A stretch of 20,000 nucleotides of DNA. Origin: an uncultured virus (IMG/VR IMGVR_UViG_3300042564_000716). Taxonomy: Duplodnaviria > Heunggongvirae > Uroviricota > Caudoviricetes. The stretch lies in IMG/VR virus record IMGVR_UViG_3300042564_000716. One strand, written 5' to 3'. Positions 1-7,361 of the stretch are shown here, one piece after another. The notes under the pieces were generated by a model. The model was not told where the DNA came from. It did not search any database and saw only the letters and a list, made by a program, of their open reading frames with translations. Position 1 is the first letter of the stretch, and each line of letters opens with the position of its first letter. Both the position numbers and the translations under genes were made by a program.

Positions 1-2
1 TC

Positions 3-977
3 GGCAAGTCCTCTATCCTGCAGACACTCGAACGTGACCTGCCTGACTATCAGGTGTGCTACATCGACGTGGCCAACCTCGACCTCGGTGACCTCGGCAT
101 GCCAGTCATCGACAAGGACACCATGACAACCAGCTACGCACCCAACGTGCGCTTCGGTGTGGGTAAGGGTCAGACACGCCCTGTCGTGCTCATGCTCGAC
201 GAGCTGGGCAAGGCGTCCCGCCCTGTGCTCAACATGCTGCTGCCTGTCATCCTCGAACATCGCATCGGTGATGTAGCTCTGCCTACTGGCTCTATTGTGT
301 TCGGCACAACCAACCTCGACACTGACGGCGTGGGTGACAACATCCCTGCCCATGCGTTCAACCGCATGACTGTCGTGACTGTGGCTAACCCTACGGCCGA
401 CGAGTGGATCGAGTGGGCCTCATCGCACAGCGTAGCGCCCGAGATCATGGCGTTCGCCAAGCAGTATCCGCAGGTGTTCGACTGCTATGCAGACCTCGAC
501 AAGAAGGACAAGAACCCCTACATCTTCAACCCCATGACGGGTAACATTCGGGCATTCTGCTCACCTCGCTCGCTGGCCAAGGCATCGAACCTCATCAAGC
601 AGCGCAACGTGCTCGGCTCTGCCCTGCTGCCAGCCCTCGCAGGTACTGTCGGTGAAGCTGCGGCCCGTGACATGGAAGCCCTTGTGAATCTGGCCGATCA
701 ACTGCCGCTGTTCGAGACCATCGTGAAGCAACCACTCAAGGCCAAGGTGCCCGATGGTGCTGGTGCACTGTTCATCCTTGCATTCATGCTGGCGGGCCGA
801 GTGGACGCTGACACCCTCGACCCTGTGATGGACTACGCCGAGCGCATGGCAGACGCATCGTTCGAGGCACACGCCCTGTTTATCACAGCGCTGGCATCCA
901 ACCGCACCAAGGTCGGTATGGCATGCAAGAACCGCAAGTTCACCGCAGCAGCCGCCAAGCTGGGCAAATACTTTTAA
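3..977 (+). CDS. MoxR/AAA_5-type AAA+ ATPase (5'-truncated by window edge)
   Basis: The frame is open from base 3 (GKSSILQTL..., the end of Walker A). Also Walker B VVLMLDE, sensor GTTN, NRM and SPRS motifs. The stop TAA (975-977) lies inside the junction motif. Confidence 0.85.
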   Translation, partial: GKSSILQTLERDLPDYQVCYIDVANLDLGDLGMPVIDKDTMTTSYAPNVRFGVGKGQTRPVVLMLDELGKASRPVLNMLLPVILEHRIGDVALPTGSIVFGTTNLDTDGVGDNIPAHAFNRMTVVTVANPTADEWIEWASSHSVAPEIMAFAKQYPQVFDCYADLDKKDKNPYIFNPMTGNIRAFCSPRSLAKASNLIKQRNVLGSALLPALAGTVGEAAARDMEALVNLADQLPLFETIVKQPLKAKVPDGAGALFILAFMLAGRVDADTLDPVMDYAERMADASFEAHALFITALASNRTKVGMACKNRKFTAAAAKLGKYF

Positions 978-989
978 GGTTAAAGGAAT
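970..989. repeat. Junction motif copy 1 (GG core): ACTTTTAAGGTTAAAGGAAT
   Basis: Read directly. Identical to 2992-3011 over 20 bp. Contains the upstream stop and the AAGGA RBS of the 994 ORF. Confidence 0.9.
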
Positions 990-993
990 CACC

Positions 994-1188
994 ATGCTAA
1001 TCATCGAATCAACCAGCAACGGCCAGCACATGGTCAAGATCAAGAAGGACTGGCACCCCGGCAGGATGGGGTCTCAGTACACACCGCCTCTGCGTAACTA
1101 CGTGAGTGGGGACAGTGCCGAGCGCGTGCAGCGGGCACTGCTCAAGAAACCCGTGGCCTATCTCACCCCGTGGTGGGTGGGCAAGTAA
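994..1188 (+). CDS. Hypothetical phage protein, 64 aa
   Basis: ATG with AAGGA RBS. Fills the interval between two motif copies exactly. Confidence 0.7.
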   Translation: MLIIESTSNGQHMVKIKKDWHPGRMGSQYTPPLRNYVSGDSAERVQRALLKKPVAYLTPWWVGK

Positions 1189-1222
1189 CTTTTAACCTTA
1201 AAACAATTGGAGAGAATCATGA
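1187..1222. repeat. Junction motif copy 2 (CC core), 36-bp direct repeat A
   Basis: AACTTTTAACCTTAAAACAATTGGAGAGAATCATGA, identical to 1756-1791. Confidence 0.95.
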
Positions 1223-1764
1223 GTGAGAACGCTTTCGATATGGTGCGCAAAATACGCCACCTTCCCGGCTTGAAACTGACGGCAGTTATTGAGCCTCAAC
1301 GCATCACCAAGCGCGTGAAGAACGCCGCGCAGAAGATGCTACGTACTGGTGTTCTAGCGAACGGGTACACCAGCAAGTCTCGTATGTTGGCTGAGCAGTT
1401 GTTAAGTGCCGCTGGCCTACAAGCCTCTGCAACCAACACAAAGTGGGGGGTTCGTATCTTTGATGCTGGCCAACTCACCGAGGATGATCGCGCGCAGATC
1501 GTAGAGTTTATCCAAGCTGCGCGGATGATCGAGCTGGCCAGTACGACCAGTAATAACTCGTACGTACACGACCGGTACACAAGCCTAGTGAACCAGTTCA
1601 ATAGACAGAGTGGCGGGCAGTTCGCGTTCAACATGTATCAGCCAGAACTGCAAGCACAGCTTACTGAGCTGGTGGCCGCACGTCGCACCCCCGAGCAGGT
1701 CAAGGCACACGAGGCACTGGCCGACAGGCTCGACAGTACTGAACCCATCCACATCAACTTTTAA
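1219..1764 (+). CDS. Hypothetical protein, 181 aa, flanked by 36-bp direct repeats
   Basis: ATG at 1219 follows the GGAGAG RBS (preferred over TTG 1207). The stop TAA (1762-1764) lies in the next repeat. No family recognised. Confidence 0.75.
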   Translation: MSENAFDMVRKIRHLPGLKLTAVIEPQRITKRVKNAAQKMLRTGVLANGYTSKSRMLAEQLLSAAGLQASATNTKWGVRIFDAGQLTEDDRAQIVEFIQAARMIELASTTSNNSYVHDRYTSLVNQFNRQSGGQFAFNMYQPELQAQLTELVAARRTPEQVKAHEALADRLDSTEPIHINF

Positions 1765-1791
1765 CCTTAAAACAATTGGAGAGAATCATGA
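1756..1791. repeat. Junction motif copy 3 (CC core), 36-bp direct repeat B
   Basis: Exact copy of 1187-1222, including RBS and ATG. Confidence 0.95.
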
Positions 1792-2990
1792 ACGTACAAG
1801 ATCGCATCAAGCGAGCACACATCAGCATCATGCAGCACAAGAAGTTCTGTGCTTACTCAGGCGTGCTGGCCTGTGGCAAGGTCACTGTGGGGGACGGTGT
1901 ACCCACGGCGGCGACCGATGGCTGGAACGTCATCTACAACCCCAAGTTCGTCGAGGAGCATGCCAAGACTGACCCCGAGCTGCGCTTCCTCGTACTGCAT
2001 GAGGCAACGCACAAAGCCTATCGGCACATGGTCACATGGCGTGCACTGCACGAAGAAAACCCACGGCTTGCCAACATCGCGGCCGACTACTTCGTCAACC
2101 TGAACCTGCAGGACACAGACGATGGTGAGGGCTTCGTCCAGATGCTCAAGATCGGCGTACCGCCCGAGGCCAAGTATCGCGGCTGGTCTGTGCAGATGAT
2201 CTTCGCCGACCTCAAGAAACAGCAACAACAGCAGGAAGACGGCAGCGGTGGGGGTGGCGGCGACAACCCAGATGACCCCGATGACGGCGCAGGGTTCGAC
2301 GAGCATGATTGGGACGGCAACCCAACCAACGGCGACCCTGCCAAAGAGCAAGAGCAAGCCAACGAGATTCAACGCGCCATTCGCCAAGGTGAAATCCTGC
2401 GCAAGAAGCTGGCGGGTAAGGGTGCTGGTCAGTCCGATGGTGTGTTCGGTGACCTCATGACGCCCAAGATCGACTGGAAGAAAGTGCTGCGGGAGTTCAT
2501 CACCGAGACCTGCGCGGGGCGTGACGAGTCCTCATGGCGCAAGCCCAACAGGCGCTACCTCGGCATGGACATCTACATGCCCTCTATGGTCGGCACCACT
2601 ATGACGGAGCTGGTAATCGGCTTCGACACATCGGGCTCGATCTTTGGCGGCGACGAGATGACGCGCTTCGTGTCTGAGATTAAGACCATCGTTGAGGACG
2701 TCAAGCCAAGCAAGGTGCATGTGATCTATTGGGACACCGAGGTGGCAGGACATCAGACGTTCGAGGATGGTCAGTTCGCTGTGCAAGACCTGCGCATCAA
2801 GGGCGGTGGCGGCACGGACGGTTCGGTGTTGTTTGACTACCTGCGAGACAAGAACATCAACCCTCAAGCCATTGTGCAGTTCACCGATGGCTATGTCGGT
2901 AGCTGGGGCCGCACTGATGTGCCCACACTGTGGGCTGTGACATCTGATCTGCAAGCTCCGTTTGGCACGACGATTCGTGTCGAGGTCTGA
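1788..2990 (+). CDS. DUF2201-type protein: N-terminal HExxH metallopeptidase-like domain plus C-terminal VWA domain
   Basis: TAATDG and LHEATH (HExxH), an acidic Q/G-rich linker, then SWRKPNRR, MIDAS DTSGS, GGGGTD and FTDGY. This is the usual partner type of MoxR ATPases. Confidence 0.85.
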   Translation: MNVQDRIKRAHISIMQHKKFCAYSGVLACGKVTVGDGVPTAATDGWNVIYNPKFVEEHAKTDPELRFLVLHEATHKAYRHMVTWRALHEENPRLANIAADYFVNLNLQDTDDGEGFVQMLKIGVPPEAKYRGWSVQMIFADLKKQQQQQEDGSGGGGGDNPDDPDDGAGFDEHDWDGNPTNGDPAKEQEQANEIQRAIRQGEILRKKLAGKGAGQSDGVFGDLMTPKIDWKKVLREFITETCAGRDESSWRKPNRRYLGMDIYMPSMVGTTMTELVIGFDTSGSIFGGDEMTRFVSEIKTIVEDVKPSKVHVIYWDTEVAGHQTFEDGQFAVQDLRIKGGGGTDGSVLFDYLRDKNINPQAIVQFTDGYVGSWGRTDVPTLWAVTSDLQAPFGTTIRVEV

Positions 2991-3011
2991 AACTTTTAAG
3001 GTTAAAGGAAT
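2991..3011. repeat. Junction motif copy 4 (GG core): AACTTTTAAGGTTAAAGGAAT
   Basis: Starts immediately after the VWA stop and contains the RBS of the 3017 ORF. Confidence 0.9.
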
Positions 3012-3016
3012 TCATC

Positions 3017-3415
3017 ATGGGATACAGATCAAATTTAATGGTGCTCATCTACCCCGATATACAAAACCCCAGCGAGGAGCAGCCGCTGTACGACCAGCTC
3101 AAGGTGCTGATGGCTACGACGTTCAAAGATGTGTCCGAGGAGTTTGGTGGGTACATGACGTGGATCGACGCCGACCATGTGCTGAAGTTCACGCTCGACG
3201 ATGTGAAGTGGTATCCGAGTTATGGGGATGTGCAGATGTTCGAGAATATGCTGGAGGCGTTCAAGGGCAGCGGCGATGACGACGAGGACATCAAGGGTTA
3301 CTGCACAGAGTTCGTACGTGTTGGTGAGGACACTGATGACGTGGAGGAAGTGCACACCGGGCACAACAACCACTACTACCTGCAGGTGCGCAGGACTATC
3401 GAAAGTAACGTATGA
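3017..3415 (+). CDS. Acidic hypothetical phage protein, 132 aa
   Basis: AAGGA RBS and ATGA overlap with the next gene. Hand count of about 27 D/E versus 10 K/R. Confidence 0.8.
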   Translation: MGYRSNLMVLIYPDIQNPSEEQPLYDQLKVLMATTFKDVSEEFGGYMTWIDADHVLKFTLDDVKWYPSYGDVQMFENMLEAFKGSGDDDEDIKGYCTEFVRVGEDTDDVEEVHTGHNNHYYLQVRRTIESNV

Positions 3416-3717
3416 CCATCGACGACTTCGAGTGGGTTGAAGAAGGGTTTGACAGCTACGCCCTCGCCCACAAGACACGCGAGATGACCATCGCTGTCAT
3501 CAAAAACTTCAACGGGTGGTACATACATGCGCTGAAAGTCCCGACGGGTGTTGCGAAGATCGCTGAGCACCTCGACAACTTCGAAGCGGCGAAAGTCATC
3601 GCCACAATTTACGTTAGCCAAAACATGGAGAACTTTCCTGATGTCAAAAATTACCGCACAAGAGCTCTCAGAGCAGGACCCCAAAAGATTCCGCGAGGAG
3701 TATTTAAAGTGGACTGA
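3412..3717 (+). CDS. Hypothetical protein, 101 aa
   Basis: ATGA coupling to the upstream gene. The 3' tail overlaps the next gene by 77 nt. Confidence 0.6.
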   Translation: MTIDDFEWVEEGFDSYALAHKTREMTIAVIKNFNGWYIHALKVPTGVAKIAEHLDNFEAAKVIATIYVSQNMENFPDVKNYRTRALRAGPQKIPRGVFKVD

Positions 3718-4249
3718 GTACGCCTGTGACCACGAATGGTGGGACTACATGGAGGAGACCTTCAAGAGCGACATGTCCCTCAAGGGTGTCTCCGTCACGC
3801 ACATCTACTTCAGCGTGTCGTACAGCCAGAGCGACTACGCATCGTTCGAGGGGAGTATCAGCGTGGACGAGTGGATGGCGTACAAGGGCTACGACGAAAC
3901 GTACCCGGCCCTGTATCTGGCGGCTGTGGACTACTGCGAGTTTGCCAGTGTGTCCGACCGTAGCCGAGGTAGCTGGCCGCGAGTGAACCTAGAGGGCGGT
4001 ACTGTAGGCAACACACCCCCTACGGGTATCTTTGCTGGGCTTGATACCGAGGCATGGGATGAGTTGATCGAGGAGCAGTACAGCTCTGCAGGGCTTGAAG
4101 ATGAGATGCAGTCGTTTGTCGAAGACGAGTGCCGCAAGCTGTACCGTGACTTGCGTGATGAGTACGAGCACCTGACGAGTGAGGAATCGTTTATCGAGTC
4201 GTGCGAATGCAACGACGTAACTTTTGAAACTGAGGAGTGTGAAGCATGA
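3641..4249 (+). CDS. Highly acidic protein resembling an ICE/plasmid family often auto-annotated 'antitoxin of toxin-antitoxin stability system'
   Basis: ATG 3641 after GGAG. Motifs IYFSVSYSQSDYASFEG and LYRDLRDEYEHLTSEE recalled as similar to that family. The annotation itself is unverified. Confidence 0.65.
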   Translation: MSKITAQELSEQDPKRFREEYLKWTEYACDHEWWDYMEETFKSDMSLKGVSVTHIYFSVSYSQSDYASFEGSISVDEWMAYKGYDETYPALYLAAVDYCEFASVSDRSRGSWPRVNLEGGTVGNTPPTGIFAGLDTEAWDELIEEQYSSAGLEDEMQSFVEDECRKLYRDLRDEYEHLTSEESFIESCECNDVTFETEECEA

Positions 4250-4503
4250 GATATCAAGTAACTGTCAGCGGCAAAACTATCTTGTTAACCCAGCACCAAC
4301 TGGAAATTCTGATGACCGCAGTGCAAGACGCAGAGCAGATCGGAGAGCAACACGTAGGCAACGGCAAGGGGTCGCAGGGCTATCAAAAAGCCTACGTACC
4401 CACTATTGAGACCAAGCAACCACACGAATGGCTGTCAGTGTTTGTCGTTGCTGACGACTTCGTTGATGCCACCAAACTGGCAATGAAACTTACCACCGAA
4501 TAA
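4246..4503 (+). CDS. Hypothetical protein, 85 aa
   Basis: GAGGAG RBS and ATGA overlap. The stop TAA (4501-4503) overlaps the start of motif copy 5. Confidence 0.75.
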   Translation: MRYQVTVSGKTILLTQHQLEILMTAVQDAEQIGEQHVGNGKGSQGYQKAYVPTIETKQPHEWLSVFVVADDFVDATKLAMKLTTE

Positions 4504-4519
4504 CTTTTAAGGTTAAAAG
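4502..4519. repeat. Junction motif copy 5 (GG core): AACTTTTAAGGTTAAAAG
   Basis: Perfect 7-bp inverted arms CTTTTAA-GG-TTAAAAG (4504-4519). Occupies nearly the whole intergenic gap. Confidence 0.9.
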
Positions 4520-4521
4520 AA

Positions 4522-5442
4522 ATGAACTACATCACTGACACCCAACCCAGCACCGTAGCCGGTGTTGCTCGCTCCGCCATGATGGTGGACCTGCACATCT
4601 CCGTGTACTCGGGGCGCAAGCAGGACAAGACCACGCAAGGCGAGGTCACCACGGCCAAGGGCTCCGGCTCGAAGAAGGCTGCGTCCGTGTACAAGAACTT
4701 GTTTGCTGAGTGCAAAGAACTCGACGACTTGACCAAGTTCCAAGCCCGGGCCCGCGCTGAGCACTACCGCCTGACACTGCCGTGGAATGACCAAGGCGCA
4801 CGGCTGTTACCCACTGCGTCACTGCTGGAGTACCAGCAGACCATGGGCCGGTATCGCAACGAGTTCGAGCGACTGGTGGACGCGTTCCTTGACAAGTACG
4901 ACACGCTGGTTGCGGCCGCTGCGTTTCAGCTCGGCACGCTGTTCGATCGCCAAGAGTACCTGTCCCGCGCTCAGGTGGCGCTGCGCTTTCGTATGGAGTC
5001 GAGCTTCACACCACTGCCTACCTCGGGTGACTTCCGCCTTGACGTGGAGAGCTCAGTGCAGCGTGATCTGGTCGAGCAGTACGAGCGCCGCATGGAGGCC
5101 AAGCTGGCACAGGCTAACCAAGACTCGTGGAGTCGCTTGCACGAAGCCCTACTGCGTTTGTCTGATCGGCTGATCGTCGATGAGGATGGCAAGAAGCGCA
5201 AGTTTCACGACACGATGGTGACAGGTGCACTGGAGCTGTGTGACCTGCTGACCGTGATGAACGTCACCAAAGACCCGCAGCTTGAGTCAGCGCGCCGTAA
5301 GGTTGAGGAGGTATTGTCCGGTGTAACACCAAAGGAATTGCGAGATGAAGACAGCACACGTATCCAAACCAAGCAGAGAGTCGATGCCATCCTCGACGCC
5401 TTCGACTGGGGAGACACACCAGATGAGATCGTGGAGGTTTAA
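4522..5442 (+). CDS. DUF3150-like protein, 306 aa
   Basis: N-terminal VDLHISVYSGRK and TLPW...GARLLP motifs, helical C-terminus. Family recalled from ICE/phage proteins found near AAA/VWA genes. Confidence 0.6.
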   Translation: MNYITDTQPSTVAGVARSAMMVDLHISVYSGRKQDKTTQGEVTTAKGSGSKKAASVYKNLFAECKELDDLTKFQARARAEHYRLTLPWNDQGARLLPTASLLEYQQTMGRYRNEFERLVDAFLDKYDTLVAAAAFQLGTLFDRQEYLSRAQVALRFRMESSFTPLPTSGDFRLDVESSVQRDLVEQYERRMEAKLAQANQDSWSRLHEALLRLSDRLIVDEDGKKRKFHDTMVTGALELCDLLTVMNVTKDPQLESARRKVEEVLSGVTPKELRDEDSTRIQTKQRVDAILDAFDWGDTPDEIVEV

Positions 5443-5479
5443 AGATGCCGCACGCCAATACAGCAACACAAGAAAACAC

Positions 5480-5734
5480 ATGCAACAAACACACGAACGC
5501 GAATACAGATACGAAGAACGGTACGACGAGTACATGCTCAAGTGCTGGCATGACGGCGTTGAGACCTCATGGCGAGGGGGCATGGACTCACGGCCTAAAT
5601 GGCTTGAGCGCATCCTTGTTACAGCAACGGTTGGAGGGCACCTCAAGCGTGTCGCCCAACCCCCGCCCGACGCCATCGTCTGGTTCACCACCGACCTCGA
5701 CAACAACCTCTTAACTTTTTTGGAGCTTACATGA
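5480..5734 (+). CDS. Hypothetical protein, 84 aa (MQQTHEREYRY...)
   Basis: Protein-like composition and ATGA overlap with the next ORF. Confidence 0.6.
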   Translation: MQQTHEREYRYEERYDEYMLKCWHDGVETSWRGGMDSRPKWLERILVTATVGGHLKRVAQPPPDAIVWFTTDLDNNLLTFLELT

Positions 5735-5895
5735 TCTACGACAACTTAACGGACAAAGAGCTGCTACGAGTAGCTGACGGCCAAGCAGGGCTTATCAAAG
5801 CCCTTGCCGAACGATTGGAGATGCGCTTGCGAGACATCGAAGATCAAAACAAATCCACCCCGGTCGAAGACGACCGTCAACTTAAATTGTTTTAA
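5731..5895 (+). CDS. Small protein, 54 aa, ending in QLKLF (beta-clamp-binding-like motif); absent from the ORF track
   Basis: Hand translation: MIYDNLTDKELLRVADGQAGLIKALAERLEMRLRDIEDQNKSTPVEDDRQLKLF*. GGAG RBS at 5722-5725. The stop lies within motif copy 6. Confidence 0.75.
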   Translation: MIYDNLTDKELLRVADGQAGLIKALAERLEMRLRDIEDQNKSTPVEDDRQLKLF

Positions 5896-5906
5896 GGTTA
5901 AAAGTT
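5885..5906. repeat. Junction motif copy 6; exact 22-bp reverse complement of the start of repeats A/B
   Basis: AATTGTTTTAAGGTTAAAAGTT, whose reverse complement AACTTTTAACCTTAAAACAATT equals 1187-1208 and 1756-1777. Confidence 0.9.
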
Positions 5907-5907
5907 T

Positions 5908-6429
5908 ATGCCCGATCTCAAATCTGAACTGAGCAAAGTGCTCAACGAATGGAATCCCTCGGAGACAACTATGACGCAACCCGCAGCGCCCGCAGCCACG
6001 CCATACTTCACCATAAGCAACAACGTGTGCCGCACCACGTTTGCCTTCGTGCAAGACAACCCCGGCAAGACCCGTACAGAGGTGGCCAAGGCGCTGGCGC
6101 AACAAGGCTACAAGACCGGTTCTGTGTCCTCACTGCTGGGGCAGATGCTCAAGCAAGGCATGTTGCGCGAGAGTGCACACCTGCTGTACGCCAGACAAGA
6201 CGAGTACACCCCGTTGAAATCAACCAAGGCACTCAAGGCGATGTCTGAGAAGCCTCAAGAACAACAGCGCAAGATCGTCAAGATTGTCAACCCCAACACA
6301 GGGAAAGTGCTCAACCCAACACTTGCACCCGTAGAAAAAGAGTGGTCACCGAACGATGTGATCGACAAGCTGACGGTGCACCAAGCACTCGCACTGTTCA
6401 AAGAGTTACGTAACATTTTGGTGGGGTGA
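5908..6429 (+). CDS. Putative winged-helix DNA-binding protein, 173 aa
   Basis: The segment TFAFVQDNPGKTRTEVAKAL...GSVSSLLGQMLKQGMLRE has a wHTH pattern. Confidence 0.6.
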   Translation: MPDLKSELSKVLNEWNPSETTMTQPAAPAATPYFTISNNVCRTTFAFVQDNPGKTRTEVAKALAQQGYKTGSVSSLLGQMLKQGMLRESAHLLYARQDEYTPLKSTKALKAMSEKPQEQQRKIVKIVNPNTGKVLNPTLAPVEKEWSPNDVIDKLTVHQALALFKELRNILVG

Positions 6430-6432
6430 AGC

Positions 6433-6525
6433 ATGAATACATGCAAACACATGTGGGAGCCCATCATTGGGCCGGGAATGTACAGGTGCGCCCGATGCGG
6501 TGCGTTTAGGAGGATCATCAAATGA
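6433..6525 (+). CDS. 30-aa zinc-ribbon-like microprotein (CxH...CxxC)
   Basis: Hand translation: MNTCKHMWEPIIGPGMYRCARCGAFRRIIK*. ATGA overlap with the next gene. Confidence 0.55.
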   Translation: MNTCKHMWEPIIGPGMYRCARCGAFRRIIK

Positions 6526-6743
6526 GCAACACAAACACAGGTGGGCCAGCGTTTCCATTTGTATGTGACGCTGACTTTGACTACGGCACAGGCATGACCA
6601 TGAGGGACTACTTTGCAGCCAAGGCGATGCAGGGTCTTGTGGAGCGCAATAAAAATCTTGACCTTACACCACACGAAGCCTGCGTCACGTCCGTATTTGC
6701 CTATCAAATGGCAGATGCAATGCTGAAAGCGAGGGAAGCATGA
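6522..6743 (+). CDS. Conserved small phage protein (GGPAFP / GMTxRDYFAAKA type)
   Basis: Recognisable motifs GGPAFP, GMTMRDYFAAKAMQG and AYQMADAMLKAR. AGGAGG RBS. Confidence 0.85.
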   Translation: MSNTNTGGPAFPFVCDADFDYGTGMTMRDYFAAKAMQGLVERNKNLDLTPHEACVTSVFAYQMADAMLKAREA

Positions 6744-6850
6744 AACTAAAAACAATCCTGATCGGCGGGGCTGTTGCCTCTGCCGTGGTGTCCATCACCC
6801 TGATGTGGGGTGTGTGGACGGGTATTGCTTATTTGATGGAGGCTGTATGA
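6740..6850 (+). CDS. 36-aa single-pass membrane microprotein
   Basis: Hand translation: MKLKTILIGGAVASAVVSITLMWGVWTGIAYLMEAV*. ATGA overlaps at both ends. Confidence 0.6.
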   Translation: MKLKTILIGGAVASAVVSITLMWGVWTGIAYLMEAV

Positions 6851-7050
6851 GAGATGTGATTGAGATGGCCCGTGAAGTCAAGATGCCCTATGACTTTGTA
6901 ACTGGTGAGCCAATCTACCTTGAAAAGTTGAAAGACTTTGAAGCCCTTGTCCGTGCTGATGAGCGTGAGGTGGTTGAGGATTTGCTGAAGGAATATGACA
7001 TGGTTAACTCGGCATTTGCCAAAGATTTCCGAAACAGGGGTGACAAATGA
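6847..7050 (+). CDS. Small phage protein, 67 aa (IEMARE...ALVRADERE); paralog of the next gene
   Basis: GGAGG RBS and ATGA coupling. Confidence 0.75.
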   Translation: MRDVIEMAREVKMPYDFVTGEPIYLEKLKDFEALVRADEREVVEDLLKEYDMVNSAFAKDFRNRGDK

Positions 7051-7361
7051 AAACCACGATAGACATGGCCCGTGAGGCTGGCTTCCCGTTTAACAAGTAC
7101 GGATTGCTGCAGGGTGACGATGGCGGTGAAATTGATGCCGACAAGATGTTCGAAGCCTTCGCCGCCCTTGTCCGTGCTGGTGAGCGCGAAGAATTTCAAC
7201 GGTGGTTTGATGCTGTGACAGCGCAGCACAAGCAATTAATTCTTGCCGAGCGTGAGGCGTGTGCAAAGGTGTGTGATGCCCGATACATGGGTGACAACAA
7301 TCGTGAAGACACGGAGTCAAGGAGATGCGCCGAAGCAATCCGAGCAAGGGGAAACACATGA
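7047..7361 (+). CDS. Small phage protein of the 'EREACAK...AIRARG' type, 104 aa
   Basis: Motifs IDMAREAG, FAALVRAGERE, AEREACAKVC and CAEAIRARG. Confidence 0.8.
   Translation: MKTTIDMAREAGFPFNKYGLLQGDDGGEIDADKMFEAFAALVRAGEREEFQRWFDAVTAQHKQLILAEREACAKVCDARYMGDNNREDTESRRCAEAIRARGNT

Noticed and set aside
2218..2262. CAG/CAA and GGC/GGG runs as a phase-variable repeat
   Set aside because: They encode the in-frame low-complexity Q/G linker of the DUF2201-type protein, with mixed codons.
970..5906. Repeats as a CRISPR array (a Cas4-like nuclease is also present at 11946)
   Set aside because: Spacing is irregular (218-1511 bp) and the intervals are whole genes. The nuclease is a typical stand-alone phage replication exonuclease and there are no other cas genes.
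970..5906. Repeats as integron attC sites or XerC/D (pdif) sites
   Set aside because: GTTAAA/TTTAAC superficially resembles integron core sites and the XerD arm TTATGTTAAAT. However, the sites lack full RYYYAAC/GTTRRRY boxes, the long attC hairpin and a XerC arm, and no recombinase gene is in the window.
1187..5906. Invertible segment between the 22-bp inverted copies
   Set aside because: All genes inside and outside are co-oriented, inversion would break the operon, and no invertase is seen.
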